Origin: Bacteroidota bacterium
GTDB lineage: Bacteria; Bacteroidota; Bacteroidia; UKL13-3
NCBI GenBank assembly: GCA_025359805.1
Contig: JANYDU010000012.1
Location: 3,689-67,688 of the forward strand
Direction: 5' to 3'
Length of the DNA: 64,000 bases
Shown here in pieces: positions 60,801 to 64,000 of the stretch. The notes under the pieces were generated by a model. The model had not been told where the DNA came from, did not search any database, and saw only the letters and a program-made list of their open reading frames with translations. Position numbers and translations under genes: made by a program. The first letter of the stretch is position 1. Each line of letters begins with the position of its first letter.

Positions 60801-61913
60801 CCTAATACTACTGGAACAGTTAATAGCACACAGGTATTTGTTCGTTACAATCCTTCTGTTCCGTTTGCATTAAATCAAAATGTAATTGTTACTGCATCAT
60901 CTGTAACACCTACACCTAATACAAATAATGCAACAAATGTTGTTGAGTTTGTATTCGGTGTTGCTACTCCAACTGTTGGAACTGATTTAACAAGTTTGCC
61001 TACATTTTATACTACGATTAATAAGCCATCAGTAGCTTATCCAATAATGGTTAGTGGATCAAAATTAACTCAAGGAGTTGTTGTAACAGGATCAAACGGT
61101 TTCCAAGTTTCTTTAGATTCAATATCATTTGGACCATCAGTAACAGCAAATCAAGTTGGTGGAAACACAGCTAATACTAAAGTATATGTTCGTTATTCAG
61201 CTGCAACTCCAGGACAAGTTACAGGAAGTTATGTAAATGTTGGAACATTTGGTGGTTCAAGCATTCCAGTATTGGTTACTGGTGTTGCTGTTCTTCCTCC
61301 ATTACCAATTGTAACATTATCAACGGCTGTTTTAACTCCATTTAGTACAAACCTTGCAACTCCCACAGCTCCACAATCATTTACTGTATCAGCTCAAAAT
61401 TTATTAGATTCATTGAGTATAACTGTGGGGTCTGATTTTGAAGTTTCACCTGATTCAATTAACTACAAAAAAGCTTGGAAATTGGCTGGAGATGTTAATG
61501 GAAATATTGCAACTAAAAAATTATTTGCACGCTTTAACAGACCAACTGCTGGTACAAGCTCTGATACCATTTTCTTTACAGCAACTGGAGTAACAACTCA
61601 AAAAATTGCTGTAACGGGAACAAGCACTAAAGGTGTTGGCATTGATAATGTAAATAATTTAAGTGCGTATAGTTTGTATCCTAATCCTGCACAACACGAA
61701 TTAAATATTGATTTTAAATTGGAGAATTCGGCAGAGGTTAAGATTCAAATTATTGATATCTCTGGACGTATTGTTAGAGAAGTAAATCAAAACTTTAATT
61801 CGGGAGTAAATTCAATTAATATGAATATTAGCGATGTAACCAATGGTTTCTATTTTGTGAAAATGGAAAGCAACAACTTCACAAAAGCTAGTCGTTTTAT
61901 GATTGCAAAATAA
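57879..61913 (+). CDS. T9SS-secreted protein: acidic beta-helix-like domain, six Ig-like repeats, C-terminal sorting domain
   Basis: Signal peptide; TLTIQPGT, GDWAGL, NSGSIRYMRVEYAG, EINGVTFG, DDAFEWFGG, DDEFDIDEGY; C-terminal LYPNPA...DISGR...GFYFVK. Confidence 0.85.
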   Translation: MKIKSTFLIAALTLSLTTFAQFFDSVPYRGAFGIKGGTRGTVTGFTGYNPDPSNNDADWTKPWAEFAPNTVAYPGDAGYNQTNAQFYTKGSAAEKVTLSSDISSDLTLTNDKWYEISGLIHVLNGVTLTIQPGTCIRGSLTNLGGLIISQGGKIMAISDRNHPIVMTSQKPVGSRVRGDWAGLLILGRSINNNPGGQRIFEALPADPLALYGGGANPNEADNSGSIRYMRVEYAGYNYLPDQEINGVTFGACGSGSHFDYMQSSFANDDAFEWFGGTCSHKYLISYAETDDEFDIDEGYHGNLQFLLGVRSAGVTETSPAGACNGLEHDNNTNLGTSSAVNPNITAPLPTTAPTISNMTLVGPQHPGANKTSLSTLWQQRIGEQYRIRTNAATGVFNSIAYGYATSIFLPNVANLSPSVQTRASDDELCIRNNTIINTLSGPDIRFNSSNYPTTSSVPGWPAGTTPWTGLGDMRNWIINGPVVSVYNFTGATNNDTTRTTITTADITQPDYNGVSNGALSQLDYTVCDWTLTSTSTLRNTANFQHPRIALVAQPSIAANPTVLPSFTQIIGTPSTSKYVVIKSSSLSGGVLITAPTGFEVSANGTSGWGASFTKGTTAADTLAYIRLNRNSAGTTTGFLMITSTKTPVEFNPINISINGTCVSPATPYINVSTSSLNFTSPSVMSLNVSGKNLTTNIVITAPANFQVSNNSTSGFAASLNLTPSSGTVTNTIVYVKYISTGNTDAGTLTVASTGSDIFNVALTGSSAPNINVLPGLVQAAGGTQIQYPYINTIAGTPSVAYPIYVSASQLTDTVKVGLIQSTSAALSNYQLSLDSAFTSPAQTLNLNIARAAILNTTIYVRYNAAAVTTNAGFVTFTSTGAPLTYQTGSSVITGPVSQIVSLSARASALGGKIVSIYAPSYQLKYSAVLGTATAPQSIWVSGQNLGTDSVVVTAPANWEVSTSATGTYSSVLYFPNTTGTVNSTQVFVRYNPSVPFALNQNVIVTASSVTPTPNTNNATNVVEFVFGVATPTVGTDLTSLPTFYTTINKPSVAYPIMVSGSKLTQGVVVTGSNGFQVSLDSISFGPSVTANQVGGNTANTKVYVRYSAATPGQVTGSYVNVGTFGGSSIPVLVTGVAVLPPLPIVTLSTAVLTPFSTNLATPTAPQSFTVSAQNLLDSLSITVGSDFEVSPDSINYKKAWKLAGDVNGNIATKKLFARFNRPTAGTSSDTIFFTATGVTTQKIAVTGTSTKGVGIDNVNNLSAYSLYPNPAQHELNIDFKLENSAEVKIQIIDISGRIVREVNQNFNSGVNSINMNISDVTNGFYFVKMESNNFTKASRFMIAK

Positions 61914-61940
61914 ATTTAGTAAAGTTTAGTAAATAAGAGC

Positions 61941-61976
61941 AAAGCGCTCTGCTTCGATAGGAGCAGGGCGTTTTTT
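61941..61976 (+). terminator. Intrinsic terminator
   Basis: GCGCTCTGCTTC-gata-GGAGCAGGGCG-TTTTTT. Confidence 0.82.
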
Positions 61977-62001
61977 GCATAATAGAAATGAACTAATTTT
62001 G

Positions 62002-62373
62002 TTAAGCTAAAAACTCATTAAAGTCTTGCCCCAACTCAACAAATAACTCAACATAAGTTCTGAACTCGCCTTTTAACGCAATATGATCGCTGGCAACTCG
62101 CAATTGCAGATAATCTAAACTTAACCTCACCATTCTTTCAATATCATTTTCATGAGATTTAATATTGTGACGAAGTATATCTGTTACCTCCGCTTGCCTT
62201 ATAAATCGATTTTGGAACTGTTCAACTCTTGCAGCCATTTTAGTTGAAAAACCAGGCATCAAAACAACCAATCTGTTTTGCATGTCTTTTAATTCCATTT
62301 TTGCATGGTCAATATATTCGAGCCATTTTACATGCTCAGTTATCAATGCATTTTGACTATTTAATGTTTCCAT
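62002..62373 (-). CDS. Hypothetical helical protein
   Basis: EH..W, VEQFQNRFIRQ, H.I..HE pattern; ATG start. Confidence 0.7.
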   Translation of the reverse strand: METLNSQNALITEHVKWLEYIDHAKMELKDMQNRLVVLMPGFSTKMAARVEQFQNRFIRQAEVTDILRHNIKSHENDIERMVRLSLDYLQLRVASDHIALKGEFRTYVELFVELGQDFNEFLA

Positions 62374-62630
62374 GGGCGTAATTTTTTTACTTTAGATAAT
62401 TGCTGCGTCTATGAAACTAATTTTAAAGGTAAATTTATTTTTGAAATTTACACCCTGACCCTTAGATTTTTATATGAATTGCGATTTAAATATGTGTAGT
62501 ATAAAATAGTCAAACACCTTCCCTAACAAGTATTCTATGTTTTGAAAACCAGGTGTTTGAAAACCCAAAAATGATTCATTTTTTAAGTAAAAATTTAATG
62601 TAGTTTTGTCCGAATAAAATTAAAAATTGT

Positions 62631-64000
62631 ATGGAATTCAGAATAGAACATGATACCATGGGTGAGGTAAAAGTGCCTGCCAACAAATATTGGGGGGCTC
62701 AAACGGAACGCTCCAGAAACAACTTTAAAATAGGACCAGAAGCCAGCATGCCCAAAGAAATAATTCATGCATTTGCGTATCTAAAAAAAGCTGCTGCTCA
62801 TGCAAACTGTGAACTTGGAGTTTTAAGTTCCGAAAAACGGGATTTAATTAGTAAAGTATGTGATGAGATTTTAACAGGAAGTTTAGATAATGAATTTCCA
62901 TTAGTAATTTGGCAAACAGGAAGTGGAACGCAAAGTAATATGAATGCCAATGAGGTGATTGCAAATAGAGCTCATGTTATTAATGGAGGGAAATTAAGTG
63001 ATGAAAAAAAAGTGCTTCATCCAAATGATGATGTAAATAAATCTCAATCATCAAATGATACTTTTCCAACGGCTATGCATATTGGAGCCTATAAATCTGT
63101 TGTTGAGATTACCATTCCAGGAATGGAACAATTGCGAAATACATTGGATATAAAAGCAAAAGAATTTAGCTCAATAGTTAAGGTTGGTCGCACACATTTT
63201 ATGGATGCTACTCCACTTACTTTGGGACAAGAATTTTCGGGATACGCACAGCAAATTACTAATTCTATTCGTGCGTTAAAATGCGCATTAGAAATGATTA
63301 CCGAACTTGCTCTTGGAGGTACAGCTGTGGGAACAGGGCTAAATGCACCAAAAGGATATGATGTGTTAGTTGCAAAAAAAATTGCAGAATTTACGCAACA
63401 CCCATTTGTAACCGCACCTAATAAATTTGAAGCATTAGCTGCGCATGATGCGATGGTTGAATTAAGTGGAGCATTAAAACGTAGCGCAGTTTCATTAATG
63501 AAAATTGCAAATGATGTTAGGATGCTTTCTTCAGGACCAAGAAGTGGAATTGGGGAAATAGTAATTCCTGATAATGAACCCGGTTCTTCTATTATGCCTG
63601 GAAAAGTTAACCCCACACAACCCGAGGCGTTAACAATGGTTTGTGCTCAAGTAATAGGAAATGACGTGGCGGTTTCATTTGGCGGAGCAGCTGGGCATTT
63701 TGAATTAAATGTGTTTAAACCCGTTATCGCTGTAAACGTTTTACAAAGTGCGAGATTAATTGGCGATGCTTGTGTTTCGTTTGATGTGAATTGTGCTGTT
63801 GGTATTACTCCAAATCATAAAACCATTAAAAACCATTTAGAAAATTCATTGATGTTGGTAACTGCACTTAACCCTCATATTGGTTATGAGAATGCAGCAA
63901 AAATTGCAAAGAAAGCCCACAAGGAAGATAAAACACTTCGCGAAGCAGCAATAGAATCAGGTTTATTAAACAATGAACAATTTGATGCTTGGGTAAAACC
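62631..64000 (+). CDS. fumC: Class II fumarate hydratase (runs off the window end)
   Basis: Translated manually: [65 protein letters not shown] at 62601-62608. Confidence 0.97.
   Translation, partial: MEFRIEHDTMGEVKVPANKYWGAQTERSRNNFKIGPEASMPKEIIHAFAYLKKAAAHANCELGVLSSEKRDLISKVCDEILTGSLDNEFPLVIWQTGSGTQSNMNANEVIANRAHVINGGKLSDEKKVLHPNDDVNKSQSSNDTFPTAMHIGAYKSVVEITIPGMEQLRNTLDIKAKEFSSIVKVGRTHFMDATPLTLGQEFSGYAQQITNSIRALKCALEMITELALGGTAVGTGLNAPKGYDVLVAKKIAEFTQHPFVTAPNKFEALAAHDAMVELSGALKRSAVSLMKIANDVRMLSSGPRSGIGEIVIPDNEPGSSIMPGKVNPTQPEALTMVCAQVIGNDVAVSFGGAAGHFELNVFKPVIAVNVLQSARLIGDACVSFDVNCAVGITPNHKTIKNHLENSLMLVTALNPHIGYENAAKIAKKAHKEDKTLREAAIESGLLNNEQFDAWVK

Noticed and set aside
63089..63616. 175-aa minus-strand ORF in the track
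   Set aside because: Antisense shadow of fumC, which the track omitted because it has no stop codon inside the window.

Overview
Low-GC chromosomal window from a Bacteroidota bacterium, judged from T9SS C-terminal domains, TAnnTTTG -7 promoter motifs and the DUF6089-uppS-bamA-skp-skp gene order. It is mostly housekeeping: anmK, purL, tatC, rpiB, meaB, bamA, uppS, nadK, pnp, rpsO, accD, fbaB, sucA, prmA, kbl and a 3'-truncated fumC that the ORF track missed. I saw no rRNA, tRNA, CRISPR array or intact transposase. Two regions stand out. (1) 50.9-61.9 kb looks like a phosphate-starvation locus: a PlcP-like phosphoesterase with a glycosyltransferase, an OlsF-like ornithine-lipid synthase, a SusD-less TonB-dependent receptor and a 1344-aa T9SS-secreted acidic beta-helix protein on an Ig-like stalk. 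All four candidate promoters carry 11-bp-phased TAAC/TGAT-type repeats, with one unit starting 25 nt before a -7-like element. (2) A GxxExxY (PD-(D/E)XK-like) gene is tightly bracketed by 29-bp mirror repeats built from CGCAGA units, and an apparent empty copy of that repeat sits in frame inside purL. Other items are three tandem DUF6089/PorG-like barrels, a DUF6922/AbiEii toxin-antitoxin pair preceded by an unannotated 43-codon ORF, and a LiaF-DUF4288-LytS/LytTR module with 21-bp-phased repeats. All family calls come from motif recognition; no database search was run.
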